In this document: one piece after another, positions 1 to 20,251 of the stretch | Position numbering within the stretch: position 1 is the stretch's first letter | How the letters are laid out: the number at the start of each line of letters is the position of its first letter | Assembly (NCBI GenBank): GCA_012295275.1 | Contig: CM022665.1 | Span: forward strand, 13,702,001-13,766,000 | Length of the DNA stretch: 64,000 nt | Direction: 5' to 3' | Source of the DNA: Chrysomallon squamiferum | Lineage: Eukaryota; Animalia; Mollusca | The notes under the pieces: generated by a model | The model's input: the letters and a program-made list of their open reading frames with translations, nothing else | Databases searched by the model: none | What the model was told of the DNA's origin: nothing | Position numbers and translations under genes: made by a program

Positions 1-2
1 AG

Positions 3-269
3 AGACAGGCTAGAATTGAAGGAGGTGATAACCAAACTGATATTACTTTACCAAAGCGCTTTTGCAAGAGCAACAGTGATGTGACAACAAGTTGTGGAAG
101 CACTCGAATACAGTCTGTACCCACAGGATCACTGGACACACCCAACTACACACGTTCTTTTGATTTCAGTGATGAATCAATAATGTCATCACCACTGATG
201 AAGAAAAAGAGGGTCACATTTGGCAGTGATGCACAAAACATGTCAGTGAAAAGAGAATCAGTTTTGTGA
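3..269 (+). CDS. 3' end (last coding exon, 5' partial) of an unidentified protein; C-terminus ...MKKKRVTFGSDAQNMSVKRESVL*
   Basis: Frame open from position 3 to TGA 267-269 with coding-like composition, followed by a long T-rich UTR-like tract. Ser/Thr-rich tail with an RVxF motif and a class I PDZ-binding end (ESVL). Family not recognisable from this fragment. Confidence 0.7.
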   Translation, partial: RQARIEGGDNQTDITLPKRFCKSNSDVTTSCGSTRIQSVPTGSLDTPNYTRSFDFSDESIMSSPLMKKKRVTFGSDAQNMSVKRESVL

Positions 270-911
270 TTGCTTATCATTAAAAACTAATTCACATTTT
301 GGGTGGATTTGTTTTTAATTTAAAAAAGAAATTTATAATTGTTGGAGACTGTCCGAGAATGTGATATCTCTAAAATAGAGGTTGATTTTCTTTTGAAATT
401 CCATTTTTATTATATTATTTGTCTCCAGCTTTTATTAATACTAAATGATTGTTTATTTTCAGGATGACAACATTTTGTTTGTCACAGATTTTGTTTTTAG
501 TGTGGCTTCCTTTCAGTAGATGTACGTACTGAAATTGATCATTGTATTCAGATTCTTGGTCATTACAATCTCTGTTGCACATCTAACTTTGTGAAATAAA
601 TCATGGCAGATAGTAAAATGTATCTCGTGTTGCAATTTTCAACAAGTCAAACATTACAGATTTTGTTTGGGTTTTTTTTAAAACATTTTTGGATACTATT
701 GTACAGTCATGTAAATAAGATATGTTAAAATGTAGCATTCATTTCAAGTCATAGTTCATAATCTTCAGCTTTCATCTATATAATTTGTATTCATTTAACA
801 GGATTTTTTCTTTAAATTGTTTTTGGACCAAATGACTGAGTTAAAATTTTCATCACACTCACAAACAAATATGTCAAATGTAATATAAACTAGTCTGCAG
901 CATTGTTTTAA

Positions 912-936
912 ATATATATATATATATATATATATA
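912..936. repeat. (TA)n microsatellite
   Basis: Direct read of a TA run. Confidence 0.9.
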
Positions 937-2560
937 GTTTGTATATAATGCTTGTGTGTATATATATGTATGTGTACACATATATAAAGTTTGGGAACTT
1001 GGGACAGTTGTGCAATTTTAAATGCACATTTTAAAAATGTGGAATTTTAAGGAATGTTTTGAAAGGTGCTGATTTTCAGAAATCACATCTAAATGATCTG
1101 TATGCAAGAACATCACTGTTCAAATTGTTAATGGATTTTTAAGTTTTTATTGCTGTTGCTCATACAGGTGTATGTGTGTTTTAATTTGTTTTAAATACAG
1201 AAATATTCAGAGATTGTTTCTTACAACAGTATTTAAATTATTATTTGATACAGTTTGCAAGTATATGTATTTAAATTTTATAATAATCAGTTCTTTTTTT
1301 CTTTTTCTTTTTTTACACCTGATATTATTTGCAGATTATTATCTGAAATACTATCTAGACAGTTATTAAGATTAATATATTTTTCACAGTTTATATGATA
1401 TTTTAGTATAAGGCCTAATCATAATTTTTGTTTTTATCATTATTATTTTGTAACATTTATTATTTTATTATTCATTTTAACATCTACTTGTCATTAATTA
1501 TGTGAATAATGCTTTACATTATATTAATAGTAACTATAATTATAGTTTAAACAGAAATGTTTAATGTAATATTGTATGTCTTTAATCGGTTTACCATGTT
1601 CATTTGAAAATTATAATATTCATGTTTGGGAATTGTAATTAATTACTACATTTTCACAATCGTATGAATTACATGAGTTAGAGAAAAGCATATAATAATG
1701 TAGTTACTAATTATATAACTATATATCCTCAGTCTTATATTTTCTTTCTCTGTCTTCTAAAATGTCAACAAATCACCTATGCAAATAAAAAGTAAAAAAT
1801 CAGTCTATATCCCTATTTGACATGTATTACTGACACAAAGACAGCCTATATATTCAGGCTCATGTGTGAAATTTCTGGTACGGTGTTTTTTATTTATCGT
1901 GGTAACCCTTAGTAAATACCCAACTAACCAGGATTTTAAACAACTATCTACCACCACTATGATTTATTTAGATTAATGTTTTAAAAATGACTTCCAGTGA
2001 TTAATATTATTATTAATAATACTAAGGTGGTGATCTGGTTACGGTCAAATAAATATTTCAGTTCTGTCCATTTTGATACCAATGTAAGGCAGAATGAAGT
2101 GTTGGCCTTTTTCACACTTTTTCAGTTTTGTGTCAGCCACTTAATGAAAAACAAAATCATGTAATTTCATTTTTATCATTTGTAATGTATATAGTACTCA
2201 AGACATTTTATAAATGGTTTTGAATCAGGGTTATACTAGTCAGGGAATGTTTATGTTATTATTTTTTTTTCTAATGATTACCATTTTGTGGAAATGGCCA
2301 TTAACAGTTCACTCTAATTATTAAATAATAATTAGGTTTGGGGAAACTGTGTTAAACTGTGAAGCAGCTTGAAGGAATCCATCCCTCTAGAGATGATTTC
2401 TAGTCAAGATGCTATCACTATTTCTTTTACATGTACACATAAAATAATACAGTAATACACTGTTCTCATCAACTATTTTGTTGCACTTGTACTGTACAAG
2501 CATTTGTAACCCATATTGGGTTTTTTTCTTTGTTAAAGCAATAGACTGAACCTAATCCAT

Positions 2561-2815
2561 GAGTGAATGAATGTTTAATAACAGCGTACACTTTTTAAAT
2601 TTAACAGTTACTGGGTTTCAACATACAGCCTTTTTTGTTGTCATTTATATTTATTTTATTTTTTATAATGACATGAGAAAGATAACACATTGTCTCCATT
2701 CTGTGGACAGTTCTTACTTATCTGCATAAAGGGTTCTTGTTACACACATTTCCAGAAGCAAGAAATCATATTGCACAGTCTCTGGTAAGTCATTCATGTT
2801 CAGGACAGGAAATAC
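2561..2815 (-). mobile_element. Decayed SINE-like repeat copy
   Basis: Shares ordered blocks (gaatgttt... / aagggttctt... / ...gaaata) with copies at about 16.6, 17.8, 53.4 and 59.1 kb. Resemblance to a gastropod tRNA-derived SINE is recalled from memory; boundaries approximate. Confidence 0.4.
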
Positions 2816-5800
2816 CCTTTTGATCTACCAGCAATCTTCCAACTATTCCAAACCCAACTGATTTAGATTCTTCGAAATTATTTATTTTAATAACAATAGG
2901 ATCAGAAGCAAATCTGATCATGGTTTCTGTCCATTTTTCAAACAGATTGATATGAGGTGCATTTCTTTTATGCTGCCCAGTGTTTGTTTTTTCTTTTTCT
3001 TCTTCCTCTGATAAAGCCCATTGACAGTTGTATCATTACAAAGTGTTAAAAAAAATTTTAAAAAAAATAAAAAGGAAAAAATAAGTATTCCCAGTTCTTA
3101 TGATATATGTGTGATTGGCAGAATATGTGTAATAGTACTGTGAATCTTGGAAGAAGAAAGAAAAAGTAGCTGTTCAATGAAATAACGATGTTTAATTTAT
3201 TTAGGTTTATGATTATTATTATTATTATTATTATTTATAACAAATTTTTATTTTGTTGGCATAATTCAGGGGGTTTTCCAGAGTACATAGAAATATTTGT
3301 AAAATATTAGGTATGCCAGATAGTGAAATTAGTATTTGATGATAGTAATGAAGAAGCTTATCAAAATAATTTTTTATTGCCACAAACAAATGAGATAATT
3401 TATTATTATTATTATTTTTTTTTTTTTAAAGAAAGGAAAAGCTGGACATTTCATCTATAAAAATGTTTCATTTCTTTTATTTTATTGTCCATCTGTGATA
3501 ATCTTCTGTCATCAATATATTATGGGAATTTCAGTCTCACCAAGAACTAACCCATGCAGACTGACAAATAATATTTTATAAATGTTCTTATAGTGTCAGA
3601 GAGTATGTAGAACAGGAATCTGTTAAATCAAGGGGATGTGGCATTTACTAATATGTTGAGTGACAAGGGGGCTAATTTTCAGGCAGCACTTTTTATTCAT
3701 AGCTGCAAAATCATTTTGTGCCCCACTTGAAGAAGTGTTTGAATTTATTATCCATCAGACCAATTCAGAATAGTAACAATGACATAAAATGAAACTAAAG
3801 AACAGTGTTTTCTTCTGGCTTGTGAACCCTTACTACCTAGTGGTCATGACTCATATTTAGAGAATATGTACTGTAGGACATTTATCAAAAATATTGTAAT
3901 TTTTAAGACACATTATATCAACATTTCTTTGTCACAACATTTTATACAGGGTAGGCTTCTTTTATGATGTGTGTCCAAGGCTTAACAAAAATAATTTAAA
4001 CAAAATAATAATAAACTTTCTCAGTAAAATATACATTATATAAACAAAATGTGTTGAGCATCATCAAAAGAAAAAAATTTTTTTTTATAATGTCACAGTG
4101 TATTCTGACATTGTTTTTTATGTGTCCAAACATGCTGGTGACAACATTCTAAATTTAATTCACAAACTACTTTTCTTTGTTTTGCGGAAATGAAAAGCAG
4201 ATTGATATCTGCACAGGATTATTATAGTTATTTTCACAGGAAGCAAATATCAATAACTTCAACAGAAATTGTGTAACAGTGACTGGTTGTGTCATTAGAA
4301 TAACTGACAAAAAAAACAACAACATTACTCTTCCCAATAAAAAATAATCATAAAACAAATAACATTATTTAACATTATTAAAACCATAACCTATTTGTGA
4401 ACTCAGTGATGCTACCTCTGCCAAATAAAAAAAATATATATATATTTTTATGATGGTAAATAATCAATTAAAACAGTTAAAAATGAGTATATTTGTAATA
4501 AATAAATTATAAATGAGAAAATATTAAAGAAAGCTTGAAAGGACAATCACATTTTGTTATTATAATTACTGTTGCCATCCTACCGTCATTATACAACAGA
4601 AAGTAAACAGTATAATAAATAACTCATTTCAATTCTCCTTTTTAATTTTTTATTTACATAGTTTAGCTTAGTTAGCAGATGTTAGCATAGAAATCAGAGG
4701 AAACTTTTGAATAAAGAAAGCAAGGATGGAAATGTGATCTGATGAACTACAAAACAAGTATTTAATATATTCCTAAAGGTCTGTAGATGGTAGTTTTATA
4801 CAAGATGGGTATTTACAATGCCCTTGAAACATTTACTTGAACTGCTTTATTAAAATAAACAAGTTACCAGTGATGCTTTTTGTATTTTGTATTTTCAGCT
4901 ATTTATGATATAAATATTCTGTACGTGCAAGTATAAGTGTTGTTTGTTAATATTATGTTCTGTATGCATTCTTGACCAGTAATTCATTAATATTGATGGC
5001 TTACTTGTTTGTACTTGCAATATTATGTCTTTGTTTCTATCTTTTGTTATATTTATTGTGTATGGAAATTAAAATAATTGTGACATTAGCTGTATACTGT
5101 CATATTTTCTTTATTCACACACACATACACCCACACTGACACAACACAAACATATAAACAAACATTTTTGACATATAGCAGATATGATTTGACTGTATAC
5201 ACATCAAGGGAAATTAACATTTTACTTTTAAATGACTTTTCAAACTCAGATACTTACAAGATGGCAATAATATCTCCCTATACATCACCCACAAAAACAC
5301 ACATACACAGACATACACATGTATTTTTAAACAGCAATTCATTAAACCAAATTTGACTGAATACACAATAATGTTAATTTTTGCTTGAAATCACATACAT
5401 CAGACTGATTCAGAGCATGAAATAACAGTGTACACAAACAACAAAGACTATATAGTAACATTACGATTGGAGAGCTATACATTTTGTGTATAATACTGAG
5501 ATTACACATTGATTATGATGAGCAAATGGATGTTTTATATATTAAACCTTCATACAGAAAAGGAAGCATATAAAATTTGATAAACAAACTGCAGAGAACT
5601 GGATAACAGCTCAATCCAAACCAAGGCTTAACCCCATTGTATCACACACACACACACATACACCAGTACTCTTAACTTCTGACCAAATTCTGCACAAAGA
5701 AATACAGCCAAACCTGTTTATAATGATCCTAAGTGTACCACTGTCCCCATTTATGTCCCCCAAAATGCCTGAGCACTCATTATCTGTATTTAAATATACA

Positions 5801-7725
5801 TATATACCTTGTTTTACCATCCCCTGCTATAAGACATTCAACAATGGTTTGGGTAACAAACACAGTAAAATAATCCGATAAATCACCATCTGCCAGTCTT
5901 GTTTACAATCATCAAGTTTCTCTCTCTCTTTTTATACATATCATAAATGAAATCAAGTTTCATTATGTGTCTTATTTCATGAATTATTTTATTTATTTAT
6001 TTATTTATTATCATTATTATTAAATGTCGTTATTTTCAATAGCAAATTAACCTGGCATGGTACTTCCGAAAATAATTTAAGTTGATAGGCTACCTTTCGT
6101 AATGTCAGGTTGTTGCAATTAGCTGAACAGATGTTGGCATTTGCATACTTCCAAAGGCTCATTTGCTGAATCACAATGAATGTGTGATATCTCAAGGTAT
6201 ATCATACTATATGTCCATTTTGTCACTGCGAAGGGCCGTTCAAGAAGTACTATGAAATTCAAAATAAAACTTTTTATCCCTTATAATAGTTTTGAAACAT
6301 TATGGAGTATGGCGATCTTAACACAGGTCGATCCATTTTTAAACTAATTTGTGTTTTAATTATATAATAATTTTAAACAACATCAGAAATCATGAATGTA
6401 CAGCTTTTTCCCCATGCACGATGCAGAAACTGTATACATAATACAGTTAGTAGTTACAGCGAATTCGTCCGTGGCGATATCGACTGGCAACAAATTAAGA
6501 ACTATGCCTGTATTTCAATAAATTTACAAATAAAATTACGTTACTTCATAATGAATATTTATTTATACCTCCTTTCCTCGTTTTTTTTTTTTTTTTTTTT
6601 TTTTGCACCACAAAACAATGATTATTATTTGATTTTTAATTATTGTTATTTTAATATTAAAAAAACAAAAAAAAAAACACACCATAAAACAGCTATTAAT
6701 TTATTATTGATAAACGCTGTCAATACAGCATTGTTATTAACTATTTTCTACGAGATCGGTTGTGACTTGGTAAAAACAATCCACAATCCACACCCAAATC
6801 AGTTGACAACGTTTTTTTTTTTTTTTTTTTTTTTGTTGTTTGGGGCATTAGCTTATGTATAATTGTAATCAATTTAGAAAATCAGTCTACGTTGTTTTGT
6901 CACGTGGCATTTAGCGTCCTTTACCTTCTGAATATTTGTGCCACACAAATCACCCTCGCATCCAGGTAATCAAACTCAAATATTTTGCAAAATTTATTAA
7001 CAATGTAATTTTTGTAAACGTTTATACTGATATAATTTACTACAATTCTAATATATCTCAATTTTTATTTTTAATCAATATTTTCGACATCTTATTACTT
7101 AACATCTTTTTACTGTTGTCCGAAAAGCCACTCTACCGACTAATTGAATGTAATATAAAGATACAGGGGCAAAGACAGACTTTCAGTATTTGGTGTTAAT
7201 ATCTTCCACCTTTTTAAAAACATATGTATTATTGTTTTTGTTTATTCATATTGCTACTAATAAACGCTGTATTCATGATAATTATGTGGTTAATTATTAA
7301 TAATATTATTTGTAAAGTACTTTAAGGAGCATCCATAATAATTAATAATTGGATGAAACATGCAGTGACACGTCAAGTAAATGTAGGTAGTCTAGCAGTT
7401 TGAGTCTACTCTTTGTAAACAGATATTTTGTTATAAGTTATTATAATTTATAGTTTTCTATTTGTTAGCTCATTTTGATGTGTCATATCTGTCATCCCCA
7501 TTAAATGATTAATATTTGAATACATTGATATTTAAATTTAGAATATCAGTTCTCAGTAAATCAGAGATCAGAGAAAATACAGAGTTGAATATTAACATGA
7601 AATGTTTAGAAATAGGAGAATTGATTCCAGCCATGTAACAATTTAAATATAATTTAAATCATAATCATATTAAATCCTGAAGTAATAAAAACTGTAATTT
7701 AAAAAAAAAAAAATTTATGTTTTAA

Positions 7726-13604
<5,879 letters not shown>

Positions 13605-16550
13605 AACAGCTATATTGCAATTAAATTTGGTGATTACTAATACGTGGGTATGCAACTTTTGGGGTATGTTTTGTGTGTCTTCTGTTTCTAGCCTACATTA
13701 TAGACAGATTAGAGGTTTGGTGATGATTTACATTTATTTAATAATATATTCAGAACTGACGTTACTTGCATTTGCTCCGGGATTGGTTTCTATCTGGTTT
13801 GCATGCCAGTATTTATATTTTTACAAATGTCTCTTTTTTTTTCCCCAATTTACATCTTTTTTAATTAATTATTTATTTATTTATTTAAACTACCTTTTTT
13901 TTTTAAATTTATTTTTTGGATTATTTTGGAATATGATCACTGACCGTCTGTTTCCGTTTTTGGAGGCAGAATCACATGAATTATCAAATACTTTAAAAAA
14001 AATGTATTTTGAGTAAAAGCTTTGTTACTGTGACCAAAACCTTTTTATGATCTCAATATTTTGAAGAATCCATTTATGACTATACACTTTTTGTGTTGAA
14101 GTAAATAAATATTATGTTTCGGGCAGATAAAACATATTTTAGCAAAGTGTTTACAGCATTTGGATTTTTATATATTTTTTGTAGTATGTATAATAGTATA
14201 CTGATATTGTACATTATCAAGGAAGAGCTTTATATTGGAACTGGATATGGTAGACTTTTTTCTTGTATTTATCATGGCAACTAATGTGAAAGTATTTAAG
14301 CCCATGAGTTAATTTTTCTCTTTCATTCTTTAACTCCATAATTTGAAATCAATTTGTAATGAAGTAATAAAAATATTGAGAGTATTTATTTTATCCATTT
14401 ACATTTATATTCAATGGAAAGATGAGAAATATTCAATTGCATTGAGTATGCATTTTCAAATATCTTTAACATGACACTTAAATTCAGGCAATTACATTTT
14501 AATTTTAATTTTAAATGACTTGTTAGTGATCTCTCAGAAGACCAAAAAAATCCATTTATTTTGGTTCCTGGTGGACGTAATACTTTTTTTTTTTATGTAA
14601 TTGTTTAAAAAATGAAAACACTATTTTAATAGCCTGCTTTAAAATCCTTGGAAATCCAACACCCCAAAGTTGTGAACTTTAACTACTTAAATTTTAGGAA
14701 AGTATTCAAGAGAAAAAAATGTCAGTTAAAATATATATTTTGGTGTTATCTTGAATCAGTATTTTGTACAAAACAATAATTACTTGAGATTTCCTGTAGT
14801 GAATGTACTGTAGTTTTAGGTGTTCTGTTTTACAGTGACTCAGCATTGACACTGTGGTGTGTATCATTATTGCACCTCAGAGGTCCATAAATCATGTCGA
14901 TCTGTTCCTTAAAAGTACTTAAAATGCCCATAAATTTCTGATTTGTATGGGAACCAAGTTTCAGTGATATTCACTGGAATATTACATGATGAACCTCTAA
15001 TAATTTGTTTAGCTGATTAATAAAATGTTTTTTTACCATGTCACATTTTAAAAATGGTAACCCGATGCTGTAGATTTGCTTCTTATTAATACTAATGTTT
15101 ATTTATAATCTGGGTTTTGCACTGGTGAATATACAGTATCTTAAGTAATTGTTGGTATTTTTTAAGATCTACTTGAATCTGTTTTGTAAAAAAAGAAACA
15201 TCAATTGGAAATTTATTAAGTAGTAAATTTTATATACATTACTGATTGCAGTTTATAGTTGAATTCCAAACAAAATTGTGCCAGTATCTGTGGTATTTAT
15301 TTTAACTATTCCCCATTTGACCAAAATAAAGATTTAAAACTTTCATTTGTAAAATGATCAAAATATTTATTCAAATTTATTAATTTTATAAATTTTGATT
15401 AGTATTTACCTTAAATTCCATCTTGTAGTTTGTTAAACAAATATGATTATTAACAAAATTCAAATATAAGCTGGTCAAAGGGGGGAAAAAAGAAACTTGT
15501 TTAAGAGGAGCAAATTGACACATTTACCAATGATAAAAACAAACAATACTAAATTAAGTTACAAGCTTTTAAAAAAAAAAAAAAATCAGAATGCCTTGTT
15601 GCTTATTCCAATATCTAAACAAAAGACCGACTAGAGGATGGGAATTTATTTTTCTTTTTTAAATAAGTTCATTATGTTATTTACTTAAAATATTGAAAAT
15701 TAAACTGCATTTGCAAATACATTTGACAGTAAAATATGCTACCAAAATCATGAAGATGTTGACAGCAAAAATTTAATTATTTCTTAATTGTTGTTTAATG
15801 GATCAATTTTGATAAACTGTCGTATCAACAGTATAATGATGTTCAAAACACTTAGATAATACTTGTTGTTTTTAAATTTATTTTAGACATCATTTTTTAC
15901 AGGTATATTAATATACTACATTCCTCATTTTGGTGCAGTTGTTTGAAGATTTTGTCCAGGATATTTATTTTTGATAAATATACATAATATGATCATAATG
16001 AAAATTATTTAATTTCATGCCCAAGCACAGAGATCACAGTAATTTCACCGGAGTTATTTAACATAATAATATTTGTTGTCATATTTTTTTTTTTTTTTTT
16101 TTTTTTTTTAATGAACAAAGCAAATCATTGCTGACATTGATAATTTTATTAAATATATTCTCATTTTTGTTCATTTTGCTTACTTTATACATGGTTATTA
16201 ACTTGTGTGGTTACACATATATTGTTTTAAGGAAATATTAACTGACACATATACATGAATATGTACATAATTAGCATTTTGTACATGTATACTGTAATAT
16301 ATTATTATGTGTATGTACATTGTTGTTACAAATTTTACAAATTATGCACATGGTATTATACTTGCATTAAACTTGAGGGATAATTTTCTGTTTTCATACC
16401 TTTTATTATTTTTCCCTGTTTATTGCTTTCTTTTATCATCTTGTTAGAACAGTTTATTAATGTGGGATTTAAAAAATAAAATATTTTGTGAAATGTTCAG
16501 ATTTCATTTTTGTAACAAATACTGATCTGATGGTAAAGAAAGTCTGGGTA

Positions 16551-16710
16551 AATGAAGAAATGTTTTATTTAATTATGTATTCAGCACTTGTGATCTCTCA
16601 TGAAGTGGTGGCATGTTAAGGACCATGCAGAAGCAGCAGGGATGCTTTTAGATGCTCCTTCCCAAAGTTTTGGAAGCACATTAAACCAGCTGTTGAGCAC
16701 TGGCTGAGCC
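16551..16710 (-). mobile_element. Decayed SINE-like repeat copy (internally deleted)
   Basis: gaaatgttttatttaa...ttaaggacca...agcagcagggatgcttttagatgc...accagctgttgagcactggctg; same block order as the other copies in the window. Confidence 0.5.
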
Positions 16711-17724
16711 ACAATCCCTGATTAAACAAATTAACAAATGAGTTGGGAAAAAAAGACTTATACAAAATGCTGTTCATAAATTCAGCTTATGAGGTAACAT
16801 TTTCAGAAAGTGATCGATATCCCTTTAATAAAGAACAAAAGGAAACAAGTCAATAAAATTAATTACTTAACATTTTATTAAACAAAATTAAGATCGTAGC
16901 CTGTCCATATGATACAACTAAATAAGAGAGTATGTATTCTTTTACTGATTTTATATACAACAGGTTTATTTACAAATAATGGGACTCCTTGTCAAAAGTT
17001 TCATAAAACTTCAACATTTTTAAACCAAAGAAATCCACATTGCAAAACTTTTTTTTTTCTTTTTTTTTTAAAATGTTTGGAACTAACTGACAAACTGAAC
17101 ACCACTGGTTAGAAGATAAAGATTTTGAAATGTCGTTGAACTATAAATGTAAACTCCACAATAAAAGCATTTTCATTTTAGTAAAACATTACCTTTGTAA
17201 CAGATAAGGTACAATAAAATAAAACAAATTGATAATAGTACAAATTTATGATGCTGCAGTATGTAGCAGAATAGTTATTTAAAATACAATTGGTTTATTT
17301 CTATACCAATTTTATATGACCCCATCCCCCCAAAAAAAACAATACCCCACCTATTTTCGCACTAACATTTTTAAGTTAATATTATCACATTTTAAAAGAA
17401 AGGAAAGATTACAATTTAATATTTTATTTCAACATCAATATATTCTCCATTTGGATGCTAAAAATCCTATCTTCAACATTTTTAACATTCAAATTATAAA
17501 ATTCTGAAATCATTGTAAAGAAAAATTAATGATAAAAAGGATGGAGAGTGAAACACTACTTTTATTGTTTAAAAATAATTATTGTGCATTTTCTAGATTG
17601 TATCCTCACAGTCCTTCCTGTATCTTGTTACTTAATAATTGTCCTTCACAGTATAATTGAAACATTCTTATCTAAATGGATAATCTGTGTACAATTGGTA
17701 AAAAATTAATCGGTTTTTAAAAAA

Positions 17725-17850
17725 AAATGTTTTATTTAAGAGATAGCATTGTTAGATAATTTTTTAAAAACTATACAGATAATGAAAGGAAACCTGCTGA
17801 CAGTTATGAGCTAATGTTTTCATAAAAGTAAAGGATCTTTTATATTCCAA
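17725..17850 (-). mobile_element. Decayed SINE-like repeat fragment
   Basis: aatgtttatttaa...acagataatgaaaggaaacctgctg...aaggatcttttatat matches blocks in the 2.6 kb and 16.6 kb copies. Confidence 0.45.
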
Positions 17851-20251
17851 AGAAATGAAAAAACATTATGTGCCCTTTAATAAATCACATCACAGAAAAC
17901 TGACTGGAGATAAAAATCCAAGAGAATCACAAAGGTGAACTGACTACTCTTTAGGTTTAAGTAACTGTATGTGTTTTGGGAAAACAAGCTAGCCAGTACG
18001 GTTTTGTTAAAAAAATTAATCAACTTGCTTGATTTCTCTATTATCTTTTTAATTTTAACAACATATTCCCCATTTACTGAAAGAGACAGAAATAGTAATT
18101 CCCTCTCCTCAGGGTTTACTACATTTCCTTCAATTAGAAGAAATACTGGGTGAAAAATATCCCAATTTTCTTTCTTACAAGCATTATGCAAATATAAGAA
18201 CATTTACTTTCTAAACCTTTGCCAGCACATTAAAGCAAAGACAAAATAAGAAAAATTAACAATGAATGAAAATATTTTATTTTATTATTTCTTTTAATGC
18301 TTCTTTAAGAATTTCAGCAGCTAGTTTCCTTTCATCATTATCAAAAGAAACCAATAATTAAAATAAATTCATTCATTCATTCAAAACCTAACCTTGCACA
18401 CCAAATCTCAATTATTCTACAATGAATACATGTGTAAATAAAATTTACAATTCACTGACTGTATAACATCCAATAAAATGTATGTGCTGTCCACATATTT
18501 TAACAAAATTTAAATTCAGTCCATTTATTTTTCTTTAAAATTTAGTCCAATTTAAATAAACAGCTGATCATAAGAAATTTACAGTTTTTCTTTAAAATAA
18601 ATCATTGGTGCAAAAATATGAAAATTCTGTGCAGTTAATTATGTTAGCATATGCACTGCATATTCAGTTTATGAAATAATTTCTCACAACCTATATGCAA
18701 GGGAGGCATTATATACAATTATCAATACTGAAGGCACAAATTAAAAAAAATAAAGATAAAATATTCATCTGAATTGTGCATCAAAAAATTCCCATACAGT
18801 CATTGATGTGGACACACCATAATAAATATATCATCAAGTGTTAACTGCAAAAAACACTAAGAAAAACAAAAATGGAAAACAAGTCATCAGACAGAAATAA
18901 ATTATTGAGGTAAATGGCTTTCAAATTTTTCTTGTAAGTTGTAGCTAAAATGCATCAATCATACATAGTACTTGAATGTGAAGAAAATTAACCTTTTGAG
19001 TAGTCAGCAATCAAAATAGTCATAACAAAGTTTACTAAGAACAATTTGTATCCTTGTTTGCTACATGTACATACATATCATACTTCTATTAATACATAAA
19101 ATATTAGATTATGTATTTAATGACAGATGTAATTATAAGGGTTATGACACTACATGACACTGAATAAAAACAAATAACAAGGGATAAAAACATCAAGCAC
19201 CTGAACTATTTATGAAAAACTATTAAGCACCTCATTTAATTTTTGGGGGCTATGAAAATAAAATATTCTGACACAGATAAATGCATATCAGTGTTATCTG
19301 TTGTTATTTAGGTACATTGTACCATAACACTGCAAAAGGCTCTTAATATTACAAATTTACTTTTATTTGGATATTATGTACAACATAATACTGGAAATGT
19401 TAAACTCTAAATGTGCACCAATGCAAAATAGATGACAATATTCCCATGATGAAGTTATTCACTGAAAAACTGAATGATAAATAAAAAGTATTTCATTTTT
19501 ATCAGTACTTCAGCAACAATGGGTCATTTTTTAAAATATATGATAACCAGTTTTAAGCTGTACAAATTATTTATTTGCAAGTGACAAAAAATAAACTAAA
19601 TATGAAGGAAAATAATTGAACATTTTAACATAACTTCTCAATTTGAAGTCTATTACCATAAATTAATTTATTTCAAATTTTAATCACTAGAAACGCAATG
19701 TATTTATGGATGAACATGCCATTAACACATTACCCTTCAATGTAATGTCCTCCACCTAACTAGAAAGATCTCTATTCCAAAAATTGTAATAGACTTGTTT
19801 TGTTCAAGTATCATCATTATATCTTTACATTAGTAAATGTATACCTCTTCCAAAACATATAATTGACACTGTGTTAAAAAATAACACAGAAATACAAGTT
19901 TCTTCACAGTCAGAAGCTACTTGTTTTCTCAGGCCCACTGCCATCACCAGTTTACAATCACCACAGAAACAAACAAACAAAAAAAAAAGAAAGAAAGAAC
20001 AATAATAAAAATAACAGAAGAACAAATACCAAGACAAAAAAAAGTATTTTTGGGAAGGATAGGTCAAGATGATCAACAATGTATTCAACGTTTGTTTTTC
20101 ATTTTTAAAAATATCTAAAGCTGTTGTTAATTTTCTACTGAATATTGCATCTGATTCATCATAATGGGCAATCTTCAGGTATTTTAAATCACATCCACAT
20201 CAAATATATATTCACATTCACACAAATCTTTGTGCCAGTGGCCTTTCAAAC

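Noticed and set aside
1172-7199. Short ORFs such as 1172-1369, 6392-6862 and 6936-7199
   Set aside because: F/L/I/Y/K-rich translations of AT-rich and homopolymer sequence, with no domain motifs or consistent splice structure.
13615-14016. 133 aa hydrophobic ORF just after the GFUS stop
   Set aside because: TTG start inside a T-rich 3' UTR; the hydrophobicity is a compositional artefact.
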